Below are positions 1 to 9,297 of a stretch of 14,183 nucleotides of DNA, in pieces; the first letter of the stretch is position 1; the number at the start of each line of letters is the position of its first letter. The notes under the pieces were generated by a model. It was not told where the DNA came from and did not search any database. It saw only the letters and a list, made by a program, of their open reading frames with translations. A program made the position numbers and the translations under genes. Location: assembly GCF_006345805.1 (NCBI RefSeq), contig NW_021825816.1:1-14183 (forward strand). Reading direction: 5' to 3'. This DNA is from Octopus sinensis (lineage: Eukaryota).

Positions 1-400
1 TGCAACCATCCACCCAGCTTGCTGTACGGAATGGAAGCATGGTACTACTCGAAAGATCTCGAAAAAATTTACAGAAATGCGAGAAAATCCGACGCTACGC
101 GCTGAAGCTAGCTTATAGGCTTGACCCACGAGGCCCCGTCCCAAGCTGGGCGGAGAACAGGTCCCTGGAGATACGACAGGTCATTGAGAAATCTATCCGG
201 TCTTTCCAGAGGAGATCCCAAGTGACCGACCTGTTTATCGACCGGTACTCTCTGCACTCGTCAAAAATTATGAACCTACTCTGGCTCACGACAGATGAAT
301 TGGACGCAAGCTCAGAAGAGTTCAGATGCCTTGGAATCAGTCTCGTCCTATCACCGTCCTTAATTCCTGTCACTTTCCTCTTTCTCTGTTAATTTCAATA
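1..400 (+). mobile_element. 3' end of a non-LTR retrotransposon ORF2 (post-RT C-terminal region, Jockey/I-like), frameshifted
   Basis: Frame 1 reads PSLLYGMEAW, matching the post-RT P-x-L-x-Y-G-x-E-x-W motif. ORF 39-392 continues LQKCEKIRRYALKLAYRL. GC is far higher than in the flanks, and an AATAAA lies near 397-402. Confidence 0.65.
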
Positions 401-440
401 AACTTAATTCATTCATTCGAACATACAAATTTTGTTAATA

Positions 441-806
441 ATGGCACCTAAAGTTAGCACAAAAAGACAAAAAAGAGCTCCCATTAAAACAAAAAATGTT
501 TCCGTCGTCTACAAAGAAAAAAAGAAAAGGAAAACTTTTTCGATATATCTTATGAAAATTTTAAAGACAGTACATAATCAACTTGGGATGTCAAAGAAGG
601 CTATGATGGCTATGGACAGTTTTACATTCGATGTTTATGACAAAATAAAAACCGAGGCTTCAAATTTAGTCTATCAGAATTCGAAGGCTACCATTACCTC
701 ACGTGAAATACAGACTGCAGTTCGTCTGATTCTTCCGGGTGAATTGGCAAAACATGCTATTACAGAAGGTGCAAAGGCAGTTACTAAGTACACAAATACA
801 AAATAA
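441..806 (+). CDS. H2B: Histone H2B, divergent, intact ORF of 121 aa
   Basis: ATG at 441 gives MAPK...[24 protein letters not shown]...[38 protein letters not shown]. The histone fold and C-terminal AVTKYT are clear. Confidence 0.97.
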   Translation: MAPKVSTKRQKRAPIKTKNVSVVYKEKKKRKTFSIYLMKILKTVHNQLGMSKKAMMAMDSFTFDVYDKIKTEASNLVYQNSKATITSREIQTAVRLILPGELAKHAITEGAKAVTKYTNTK

Positions 807-867
807 CACTTTAAAAATAATTTTTTATTCATTTGTTCTCTAAATAACTATTGCAACAATCGAAATC

Positions 868-1097
868 TAACTAGTAATTGTTCCTTTGCCATTCGAGATC
901 TCCGCAGCCTTCTCAAACATCCAAGTTCTTAAAAGATGTCGGCCTCCTTATAGCTCGGAGAAACATGTATGCACGCGAATCTTCTTGGCTGAAACAGAGG
1001 ATCTCGGTTACAATCATGCGCGACAACTTGCAAGCTATTCTTTTGACCGGGATCTGATCGTTCTCTGCTTTTTGTTTAATTGATTAACTAGTAATTG
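868..1097 (+). repeat. 13-bp direct repeat TAACTAGTAATTG (868-880 and 1085-1097), target-site duplication
   Basis: Exact 13-nt repeat flanking a 204-bp GC-richer insert. Confidence 0.85.
881..1084 (+). mobile_element. 5'-truncated 3' end of a CRE-like (RLE endonuclease) retrotransposon
   Basis: Reads VPLPFE..., then after a frameshift FLKDVGLLIARRNMYARESSWLKQRISVTIMRDNLQAIL* (stop 1055-1057). This resembles the RLE C-terminus (FLxxLGxxL...W/F-L-x-QRxSxxIQRGN). It is bounded by the TSD. Confidence 0.75.
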
Positions 1098-2210
1098 GGA
1101 TAAGGTCGCCGGAGAAGAACCGATTGCAAAGAGCAGTAATTGCCTTCACCAGGCGGGTTCTTGCCTCGCCTGTAACCGGGGACGTCAGGTCACGTAGGTG
1201 GCCAGGACGAAGACCGTCCACCCACCACTGCTACTGAGGGGGAAACTCGCGATGCAGCTTAAGATCTCCGAGGGCGTAAAGGATGTGTAGGGGTTCCAGA
1301 GAGGACTGGCAAGCACGGAGGTCGGTGGGGGCAGCCGGATTTTTAAGTTTGAGTGCCTCGAGAAGCTCTTCCGACGGAGGTAGAACAACGTCATCGGAAG
1401 CCACAAGGCGAACAGCAGCTTTAACATCGTTTTCCATAAGCTTGGCGTGGACTTTATTACGAAGGTTTGTGCGTTCAGGTTTATTCGTTAAAGGGTCTCA
1501 AATTCAGCGGGGGGAGTAGGAAGGACCGTGAATGGATTTTTGTCGAAGAGAGTCAAATTTTCCTTTAATTGCGAGTCAGTGACCGCGCTGCTTCGAATTA
1601 GGTTCCCTGTAGGGTGTGTCCAATTGCCATGGGACCAAAGCAAAATAATTTCAGCCAATCAGCAGGCTGGTCAGAATCGAGGGCGTTTACAATGGTCTTC
1701 GTGACGAGTCGGCGACGGCAATCCGAGCTGCTTTCGGAATTTTTATGCATATCTTCCGTGCGCGGCGCAGACCGGCACAGAGATAACAAATCTTCGAAGG
1801 GGATGTCACAAACAACCGGACGAGACGGGAGTGGGGGATTTTGAAGGGGTGCTGGCTTTAGGGGACAAGCACTGAGACACGCTGGACATTTCCAGATTGC
1901 GAGGGCTGCAGATGACATCTTTGTTAAGCCGGCACAAGATAGGTGCACATCTCTCTGACAGTCAAAGCACTTTCTCGCCTTCTTGTGAGTGTTATTTGTT
2001 GAGCAGATTAGGCATTCGAATGTTTGAAACGATTGAATAAGAGATGGATCATAAACAGATTAGATACAAGAATTGAGGAATATAACAATGAGTACAAGAT
2101 ATAAGATACAAGGAAATCAGAAAGAACGATATTACAATATATGAACAACATACAAGAAATAGCAACAAAGCAACAACACAACGTGCACGTGCAACAACAA
2201 CGTGTAATTT
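1098..2210 (-). mobile_element. 5' half of a CRE-like non-LTR retrotransposon (PHD finger plus pre-RT region), 3'-truncated
   Basis: Minus-strand frames give WLKLFCFG, KLMENDVKAAVRLVASDDVVLPPSEELLEALKLKNP, SFPLSSSGG(V)DGLRPGHLRDL and RLVKAITALCNRFFSGDLIP, which are motifs preceding the RT in CRE-clade ORFs. The 5' boundary is approximate. Confidence 0.8.
1877..2014 (-). other. PHD finger (C4HC3) at the N-terminus of the CRE-like ORF
   Basis: CLIC-x11-CFDC-x4-H-x2-C-x13-W-x-CPAC, in frame with and upstream of ORF 1598-1948. Confidence 0.9.
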
Positions 2211-2212
2211 AG
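2061..2212. repeat. Low-complexity ACAAG/CAACAA-rich tract
   Basis: Repeated GATACAAG/TACAAG and (CAA)n units, plus the palindrome ACGTGCACGT at 2181-2190. Confidence 0.5.
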
Positions 2213-2322
2213 TCTGTAATCTCGAAAATTCATCATTTAAGCAATAGTTTAAATTATTTGATGGTGCTAATAAAATATTATTTTAAAAATATTTAATTTT
2301 TTTTTTAAAAATGATGAGTGAA

Positions 2323-2408
2323 TTAACCAAAAAATTTCGGAATGAATACTTTTTTGCATTACTCGAAAAAATTTCGGAATAACGTTTTTTAAAAATTCGG
2401 AATAATAT
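2323..2408 (+). promoter_or_regulatory. Candidate histone promoter element upstream of H3 copy 1
   Basis: TTCGGAAT at 2336, 2373 and 2396, with TTTTGCAT and TCGAAAAAA between. Nearly identical to 7512-7580. Confidence 0.7.
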
Positions 2409-2455
2409 AAAAAAAAATCTTGTCCTGAATCGGTTCTGTCTAAAAATACAAAAAT

Positions 2456-2538
2456 ATGGCTAGAACACAACAAACTGGCTCAAAAATCTACTGGAGCAAA
2501 ATTTCCAAGGAAACAATCTGCTCGCAATCTGTGTTCAC
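2456..2538 (+). pseudogene. H3: Histone H3 5' remnant
   Basis: MARTQQT(+1)AQKSTGAKFPRKQ--SARNL. It aligns to the 7623 copy with a 12-nt deletion, and there is no histone fold downstream. Confidence 0.9.
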
Positions 2539-3032
2539 AATTTGCCATTATTTGGCCAAATCTTATTTTTTTATTTATTTGGATTAGAAGGAATATTTTG
2601 CGATGTAGTTTCTTTTAATAATAAATTATCTGAAATTTCATCATTTTGTTATATTTGCGAGTTTATTCTTTCAATGTTGTTTTTTCGCTTATTTCAAATC
2701 TTCTCATTTATCTTTATTATTGAATTTTACTTTATTTTTTGATAGAAAGTTCTATTCTTTATATTCTTATGGCAAATTTTATTTATTTGTTCCCGGATTT
2801 GGCGATCTTGTATTTTAGCGCCCTAAATCTAAAATGATCAATTTTTTTAATTTTAATCATTATTGTTATATTTTTTACCTAGACTGTTTTTAAACTGAAC
2901 ACGAATTTTATTATTGTTATATTATTTTTATAAATTATGTCACAAGGCCTTGGGTGTACCGAGCCTAGTGCTTCTACTTTCGGACTTGGAAAAAAATTAA
3001 AAAAATATTGAACACTATTTCAAAATCTATTT

Positions 3033-3118
3033 TGTAAAGATAAATATTATAAAATGACAATTAACAGAACAGAATTTTTTATTGTAAAGAACAACAGACT
3101 GGTACAGAAATATTTTTG
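3033..3118 (+). repeat. About 86-bp direct repeat, copy 1 (copy 2 at 5883-5967)
   Basis: TGTAAAGATAAATATTATAAAATGACAATT...GACTGGTAC.GAA.TATTTTTG occurs at both sites with few differences. Confidence 0.9.
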
Positions 3119-3360
3119 GTGAGGTTACGGATTTGGAGGTTTTCGGCGTAGAAGATGCTCGAGCCAGTCCCTGGCGTAGAGCAGCTTCCCCATTTTAGGT
3201 CCACTGACCGGTAGCCCGGAAGTTCGTACGAGTGGTTTTCTTTGAGCTTAGACTCGTTGACGACAATAATGTCTGGATGGCCGCTGTTTACCATCTCAAC
3301 GAAGTCCTGGTGCCGTCTCTTGATAGATCGGGCATTCACAGCGATGATTTTGACTGGGGC
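3119..3360 (-). pseudogene. APE endonuclease N-terminal fragment (ORF2)
   Basis: VKIIAVNARSI...PDIIVVNESKL...LPGY...GSSIF, i.e. APE motifs I-III. It ends abruptly at the repeat. Confidence 0.85.
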
Positions 3361-3748
3361 TATGTTGCTGGCGTGCTCCCCTCTAATAGGAGCCGTTGCA
3401 GCACCTCAGGTTCCACACCAAGTTTGGTTGAGCTCCCACACAACGATGAAAGAATTCCATAAGGAGTCTCTGTTGTGCAGGTCTTCGTCCGAGAGGGCAC
3501 CTCTTTGCGATGAGATATTGTCTGGAGTGGTGTTTGTCTTCTTGCGAGCAGCAGCCGTGCGGCCAGCTCTGGTACTGGAACAAGTGTCAGCCGTCGGCTT
3601 CGGGTCGAGTTTAAATCAAAGTCGGAGTCCGCCGATGTCTGAATGCAGACATCAGTCTTGATCGGATTCACAACTGGCCTCTTTGTCCAGATCGACTCTG
3701 TGCGTTCGGCTTTCACCCAGCGAGCTGGGTTGCTGGCCGGCGGATTTC

Positions 3749-4258
3749 TCACAGCCCTAAGGCTGCAGACGCGGCTTTGGCGAATGGGCATCCACCGTAA
3801 CATGCCCAGTGTCCAGGACTGTTGCAGTTTATGCAGGTCTTGACAGCAGGGTCATTTGGTCTGGGGTCTGAGTTCGGACACCTATTGTGTCGGTGTTCGC
3901 CACCACAGACCAAGCAACGAACTTTTTCGGTGCACTTATGGGACGTGTGTCCAAATTGGTGACACCGAAAGCATCTGACTGCCGGGGGCTTGTGCCATTC
4001 ACATCGGATATGGCTGAAGCCCGCAGTTATTCCAAAGCGGATGAGGGTGTTGGCCTCTGCTCTGGAATCCAGGGTGAGTCTGCCGACAGGCATGTCTGTT
4101 CCATTGCGAGAGAATCTTTCGAACTTGAAGTCCGATTCTAGACTTTCTTTCAAGTGGAGGTTAAGATCCTCTGTCGAGATCCAATGAGGGATTCCTTTAA
4201 GGATCAAGACTGAGGCCTTCTCAGCTATTGGAGGCAAGTTTATGGCCGCCTTCGCCAA
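3749..4258 (-). CDS. ORF1 segment with three CCHC zinc knuckles
   Basis: CFRCHQFGHTSHKC, CLVCGGEHRHNRC and CINCNSPGHWACYGGC, preceded by a pre-C2HC/RRM-like region. Confidence 0.88.
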   Translation of the reverse strand: MAKAAINLPPIAEKASVLILKGIPHWISTEDLNLHLKESLESDFKFERFSRNGTDMPVGRLTLDSRAEANTLIRFGITAGFSHIRCEWHKPPAVRCFRCHQFGHTSHKCTEKVRCLVCGGEHRHNRCPNSDPRPNDPAVKTCINCNSPGHWACYGGCPFAKAASAALGL

Positions 4259-5534
4259 ACATATTCGATTGAGTCAGCTCTGCTTTGAACGCAGCAGCAT
4301 CCTCGGGCGATCTGAATTTTAGAATGAAGGTGCCGGACTTCTGCAAAGTTATCCGAGCTTTGGAGGCAGTTAGCGACTTGGATGGAGGTTAAACCTCTTG
4401 ATCTTTCCAAGCGTCGGGTTTTCAATACTCAAGGAATATGTGAGGGTCTCATGGGATTGGGTCTCACTCTGTTTTTGGGGCCCAGTAGGCTTCGGCAGTT
4501 CTGTGGGATCCTCAGCTTTGATTGGTTCACAAAAGGGCTGTGGCTTTGCCGCTGTTCGTCTTTGAGCTTTGGCGCAAGCTTTGATTGATGAGAGATTTTG
4601 ATTATTCTTGACCATTTTTTCTTTCTTTTCCTTGACCATGATATTCAATCCGATATTCCAGAAGGAATCCTGCAAAGATTTTAGGTCGTCCCAGTTTTTG
4701 AAACTTTTGCCATGAAGTTTGAGATCCCTTTCAAGAACTGCCGGAAGAGTGGATCTAGATCTTCCACGATATTTGTCTCCATGTTCGGAAAAATAATCAT
4801 CCATTGCCCGATTGTCGGAGCTCTGGGGTCCATTCGCAAAATATTAATAAATAATTTCCACCGGCCTCTACGATTTCGATTTCACGATTATTCTAAAGAC
4901 GGTATGTACGAATCAGTCATTACCAATCAAACAATTTCTGTTCAATTTTTTTAAATATGCAAAAGATGGTTATTAGATAGTGGCAGCAAAACTATTTAAA
5001 CAAAAAAATCCATTAAATATATTTATTAATAGGGTTTAGGGTTTATAATTCGGGGCCCAGAAATTTGAATTTTTGTACTAATGATACATTAATTGCAACC
5101 CACCAAGTTAAATTGCTTTAGAATATAATAATATAAATCAAAAATTGATATAATCAATGATTTTTTAATGATAATTCAGAATTCGAAAGAAATATTGTAA
5201 AATCCTTTATAAGACTTCTTTATTGAATTTTCTACTGAATATCAAATGTGTTGTTTAATTTAGAAAACATATTGGACTACTATCAAAATAATTTAAACTG
5301 TAATCTTTTTCTGAAAGTAGCTTAGAAAAAACCCTTATTTTTATAATTATTTTTTTCACAACATTTTTAAGTTCAGAAAACAAAAAATTTATTATAAAAA
5401 AATATTATTCTGCCTTAGCCCTTTTTCCGGCTTCGTTTTCTTTATTTGGTGTAGGTCCTTATAAACTGTGCGTCTACCAATTTATCAAGTACTTCTTGAT
5501 AACCGACCTAAATTGTTATAAATTGTAATCATAC

Positions 5535-5615
5535 CCCCATTCCTCCCCTATTCCTTTTAATGGTGACCAGTTCGGTTCGCCCTTGACTGTTTTTTCCTAG
5601 ACCCGAACCTTTATA
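5535..5615 (-). pseudogene. G-patch-like coding remnant
   Basis: YKGSGLGKNSQGRTELVTIKRNRGGMG fits the G-patch glycine pattern. The surrounding frames are broken. Confidence 0.55.
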
Positions 5616-5717
5616 TTATAACACAAACCTTCTTTCCAGGCCATATTTTTCCAGGAATTTCTTTGAGGAGAAAACCATTTGTGCATATTTTATCGCAGTT
5701 TTATTTATTTATACAGT

Positions 5718-5797
5718 TTTTCTATAATTTACTTCCTTCCACGTTGTTTTTATAATTTCCTTCTTTCTACGTGTGTTCTTTTTATAATTTCCTTCTT
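5718..5797. repeat. Imperfect 28-32-bp tandem repeat, about 2.5 units
   Basis: TATAATTT(A/C)CTT recurs at 5723, 5751 and 5783, with ACGT-containing spacers. Confidence 0.6.
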
Positions 5798-5882
5798 CTT
5801 AGTAAAATTTAACAAATTTAATTTTAGTAGTAAATTTACTTTTTTAGTAAATGCAGGGACTGGGCGGTCTTTATCTACCCTC

Positions 5883-5967
5883 TGTAAAGATAAATATTAT
5901 AAAATGACAATTACAGAACAGAATTTTTTATTGTAAAAAACAAGAGACTGGTACTGAATTATTTTTG
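5883..5967 (+). repeat. About 85-bp direct repeat, copy 2
   Basis: Matches 3033-3118. Confidence 0.9.
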
Positions 5968-6258
5968 ACGCCTATACAACAGATGGTTGCTCGAGGGAGT
6001 CGAACTGATTTAAAGTCAAAAAATATTTGGATTAAAAACAGCTTATCTGTATTTATAAAAGATAATTTTTCAGATAAATTTATTTTTACATCAAAAAGTA
6101 ATTTACTAAAAGGCAACAAATATTTGTTGTTTCAAACTTTCCACAATTCCATCGGATATTCATATTTTCCAATAAATCTATGCATTATGTAGTTTGTTCC
6201 CTCTTTTCACAAAGCTGAGACATTTTTTCACAAATCTGTTCAATAGGCTTAATGTCGT

Positions 6259-6627
6259 TCATTTGTGGTCTGAATGCGTTATGGTGAACCAAAGTGCGAT
6301 TACAGCTAAAATATAACATACAAATATACTAAATATAATTGAGGAAAGTATAAACGCGCTTGTTGAATGTGGTTTAACATAAGGTTTGTAAGGCTTTCTT
6401 TGAATTGGAGCTTCGATAGATTCAAGACTAAGGCTGTGTTCTGAAGGGGCATATGTTGGTGGATTTTCAATTATTTTAGCTCTGTCAAGTAATTTCTGGT
6501 CTAGGACTAAGTAGTTGGCCTCTGATTGGGACAGAACGTCAAAACTGTCCACTACTTCCAGAAGTTTCTCCTGTACGGTCATCTGTTTACGGGCTTGTTT
6601 TTGGAGTTCAATAATGCTTAACTGCAT
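6259..6627 (-). CDS. Unknown protein with a C-terminal transmembrane helix and a PPTY motif; may extend to an ATG at 6751
   Basis: 122-aa ORF in AT-rich DNA, with the hydrophobic stretch AFILSSIIFSIFVCYILAVIALWFTI near the C-terminus. One indel in an A-run near 6706-6712 would join it to MPNRIKKLIRNVKKK. Confidence 0.55.
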   Translation of the reverse strand: MQLSIIELQKQARKQMTVQEKLLEVVDSFDVLSQSEANYLVLDQKLLDRAKIIENPPTYAPSEHSLSLESIEAPIQRKPYKPYVKPHSTSAFILSSIIFSIFVCYILAVIALWFTITHSDHK

Positions 6628-7142
6628 TGGAGTGGTCGCTATTACGGGTTGGTGATCAGTGTTGTGTTTTAATTCATCTATAAGTGTTATTTTTTGTAAA
6701 TTTACTTTTTTTCTTTACGTTTCGAATGAGCTTTTTTATGCGATTTGGCATTTCTTAATGACGTTGTTATTCATTTTATTTTTAAAATAATTAATTTCCC
6801 AAATTGTCATTTTTTTGATATTGCTATTTAAGTCAACAAATTTAACTTTTTCAGAAGACGAGTGACCCAAGTTGCATTAAACTTGAATAAATTAATCTTA
6901 ATTATTTAGTAAATTAACTAAGGATAGTAGTGTCAACTCTTTGGATAGAGTGAGTCTTTAACCTTTTTGATTTTTTGAATCCAAATTTTCTGCATAGGTG
7001 TATGTGTATGCATTTAACAATTTCGTTATGTCGCCTTGTTTACTCGGAATTAAGCATTCTATTGCATCGAGTTGCCAAATGGTGACTGTCTTATGATAAG
7101 ATTTTCAATGTGGACATTTCGAACCAAGCTCGCGGAAGGTCG

Positions 7143-7356
7143 GTGAATCGTTAGAGGCCGGTGGAAATTATTTATTAATATTTTGCGAATGGACCCCAGA
7201 GCTCCGACCAATCGGGCAATGGATGATTATTTTTCCGAACATGGAGACAAATATCGTGGAAGATCTAGATCCACTCTTCCGGCAGTTCTTGAAGGGATCT
7301 CAAACTTCATGGCAAAAGTTTCAAAAACTGGGACGATCTAAAATCTTTGCGGGATT
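7143..7356 (+). mobile_element. 5' end of a second copy of element A
   Basis: Near-identical reverse complement of 4666-4886. Confidence 0.92.
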
Positions 7357-7469
7357 TCGCCCGCAACAGAGGGGCATGGACGAGCAAGGAACAGAAGATT
7401 GTTTTGCTTGTGACACGTGTCGGATTATAACTTTGTTAATGTTCCTACGGAATGTATTATAATAATAAT
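7347..7469 (+). mobile_element. Extreme 3' end of an RTE-like element with a (TAA)n tail
   Basis: LRDFARNRGAW...* resembles the RTE C-terminus (compare LRKLAHDRGG near 13857-13886) and ends in TATAATAATAAT. Confidence 0.6.
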
Positions 7470-7511
7470 TTCCTCATGACATTAACTAATTTATAACTTT
7501 CTCGTTTTAAT

Positions 7512-7580
7512 TTAACCAAAAAATTTTCGGAATAATACTTTTTTGCATCACTCGAAAAAATTTCGGAATGATGTCTTTTT
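7512..7580 (+). promoter_or_regulatory. Candidate histone promoter element upstream of H3 copy 2
   Basis: TTCGGAAT at 7526 and 7562, with TTTTGCAT and TCGAAAAAA between. Confidence 0.7.
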
Positions 7581-7622
7581 TTACTATACTGGCATTGTCA
7601 TTGTTTTCTGAAATAATAAAAT

Positions 7623-7716
7623 ATGGCTAGAACAAAACAAACGGCTCGAAAATCTACTGGTGCAAAAGTACCAAGGAAACAGTTGTCTGCAAAATCTGCT
7701 CGCAAGCTGTCTGCAC
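7623..7716 (+). pseudogene. H3: Histone H3 N-terminal tail only (possibly extending to SGGV at 7746)
   Basis: [31 protein letters not shown], followed by GC-rich non-histone sequence. Confidence 0.93.
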
Positions 7717-8135
7717 TAAGAAGACTATGCAGAAGTGGAGGTGTTCCCGCCTCGCTCGCTCTCCCAGAAGGACAAGACGGTTCAGTGTGCCACTACGATG
7801 AATTGCCGGAGCCGTGGTTCACCGCCACGCGCTTCCGGCTATTCTAGTGGTGTCTTTAATTTTCTAGGCGAAAGCAGAAGGAGAAGTCGAGCCTGGACCC
7901 TCCCAGGTGGGGTCAGCACTCACTGGAGACACTTCTTCCTCTGCTCCCCTATGGCTGGTGTCGGGGGAGCTGCAGGTGCAACTGGTTCTGATCGTTTGGT
8001 ACCCCACCACAACCGCACAGCATGCTGGTTCGCCACGTGTTTGCGGTTTGTCTAGTGGTACCAACCCAGCCTAGGTAAGTCAATTAATGCCAAAAGGGTG
8101 TCGTCTCCTGAGGCCGTCCCGGTGGGTACGGCAGG
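7717..8135 (-). mobile_element. GC-rich insert, probably the 5' leader of an RTE-type retrotransposon
   Basis: Abrupt GC increase with sharp AT-rich boundaries and a terminal hairpin at 8107-8135. The minus strand (GCTGACCCCACCTGGGAGGG; GCAGCTCCCCCGAC) resembles RTE 5' leaders as I recall them. No catalytic domain is present to confirm this. Confidence 0.45.
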
Positions 8136-8329
8136 AAATATGTTTCAAATTTATTTTTAACATAGATTAAAGTATTTTTTTATGATATCGAAAATTTAAA
8201 ACCAAAAAAAAACTGAACAAATTTAAATTACTTATATATATATAAAAGGTTTTATTTTTAAAATTCGTTCAAATTCAATCATTTGTAACTTCTCTGCAAA
8301 AAATATTTTAAATTAAAGAAGCTTGAAAA

Positions 8330-9297
8330 GTGGATGCCAATTTCAACTGTTTTAAATTTACCAAAACATTTACAAAAAAAGGGAAATCAGTAACAGCTCA
8401 AACAATAAGAAATACCACGAAAAAATTGGTCTGAATGCATATCCACCCACGAAAAGACCACTTTTTACTAAAAACCCTAAACTTCAATGATTAAAGCTAT
8501 GCCAAACATGCAATATGCTCTCGAAATATTTTGGGAGCGAGTTATTTTAAGTGTGAAAGTAAATTAATATGTAAAATAGTGATGTAAGAACTTTAGTATG
8601 GAGAAATCGCAAGGAAAAATATTTAACAAACAATCTTACAAAAACAGTAAAATTCGGTAAAGGAACTATCATGCCATAATCAATATTGGATTTATTAATT
8701 TGGTTTTGATAAAAGAGAAGATTGGTGGAGCTTTGCATGTTAACATATTAACGAATAATATGATCTCATTTCTGAACAAAATCAAACATAAAGATCCTAG
8801 TTTCCAACAAGACAATGATCTGAAACATACTTCGGCAATAGCAAAGAGCTTTTTTTCAAGTAAATAATATCAAATTACTACTATGGCCAACACAAAGCCC
8901 AGATTTAAACCCTATAGATAATGTTTGGGCCTTTATTAAAGAAAAAATTAAAAGAAGAGAATTTTTGAAAAAAGAACATTTATTTGCAAAATATCATTTA
9001 TTTGGAATTAACTCAAAATAGAATACGCAAAAAGTCTTATTAATAGCATGCCAGGCCGAACACTAGATGTAATTAGAGCTAATGGAGGATATAATGGATA
9101 TTAAATAAATTTGTTCATTTTTTTGGGTCTTAATTATCAATGAATGGAAAACCGTATAAATATAATATTTTTTAGACAAACTAAAAATAAAGCAAAACTT
9201 TATTTAATGTTTTAAATCGATAGAAGTTATTTTTTAAATATTGTTTCATAGTAAATTCATGAGAAAATGCCTTTTCAATTTATTTTTGTTCACTGTA
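8330..9297 (+). mobile_element. Tc1-family DNA transposon remnant
   Basis: Across frames: VTAQTIRN...IGLNAYPPTKRPL, WERVILS..SK, TVKFGKGTIM, FQQDNDLKHT, WPTQSPDLNPIDNVW and SMPGRTLDVIRANGG..Y*. The right end reads TTGTTCACTG-TA (to 9297). The left TIR was not found. Confidence 0.88.

Larger units (their letters stand above)
3119..4886 (-). mobile_element. Jockey/I-like LINE ('element A'): 5' region, gag-like ORF1 and start of the APE domain, 3'-truncated
   Basis: ORF1 starts at about 4804 (MDDYFSEH...) and is broken into several frames. It has three Zn knuckles and is followed by the APE N-terminus. Confidence 0.88.

Noticed and set aside
2542-2830. AT-rich ORF 2542-2742 and broken minus-strand frames
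   Set aside because: Low-complexity Phe/Ile-rich translation with no motif.
3242-4954. Several plus-strand ORFs in the track
   Set aside because: They are antisense shadows of the GC-rich element A.
5029-5044. TAGGGTTTAGGGTTTA telomere-like sequence
   Set aside because: Only two units; expected by chance.
6980-7140. Moderately GC-rich stretch that could be an snRNA or other ncRNA
   Set aside because: No recognisable match to U1, U2, U6, 5S or tRNA by eye.
7717-7847. Possible continuation of H3 (PASLALPE resembling PGTVALRE)
   Set aside because: The histone fold is not recovered and GC content jumps. Chance similarity is likely, although SGGV at 7735-7746 may be real H3.
8107-8138. Hammerhead-like CTGA...stem...GAAA
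   Set aside because: It lacks the required GA after CUGAN, and there are no flanking stems I and III.
8800-8925. Tc1 catalytic motif reads D34D (SPDLNPID) instead of D34E
   Set aside because: A single GAA-to-GAT change in a copy with many stops and indels is most simply decay.
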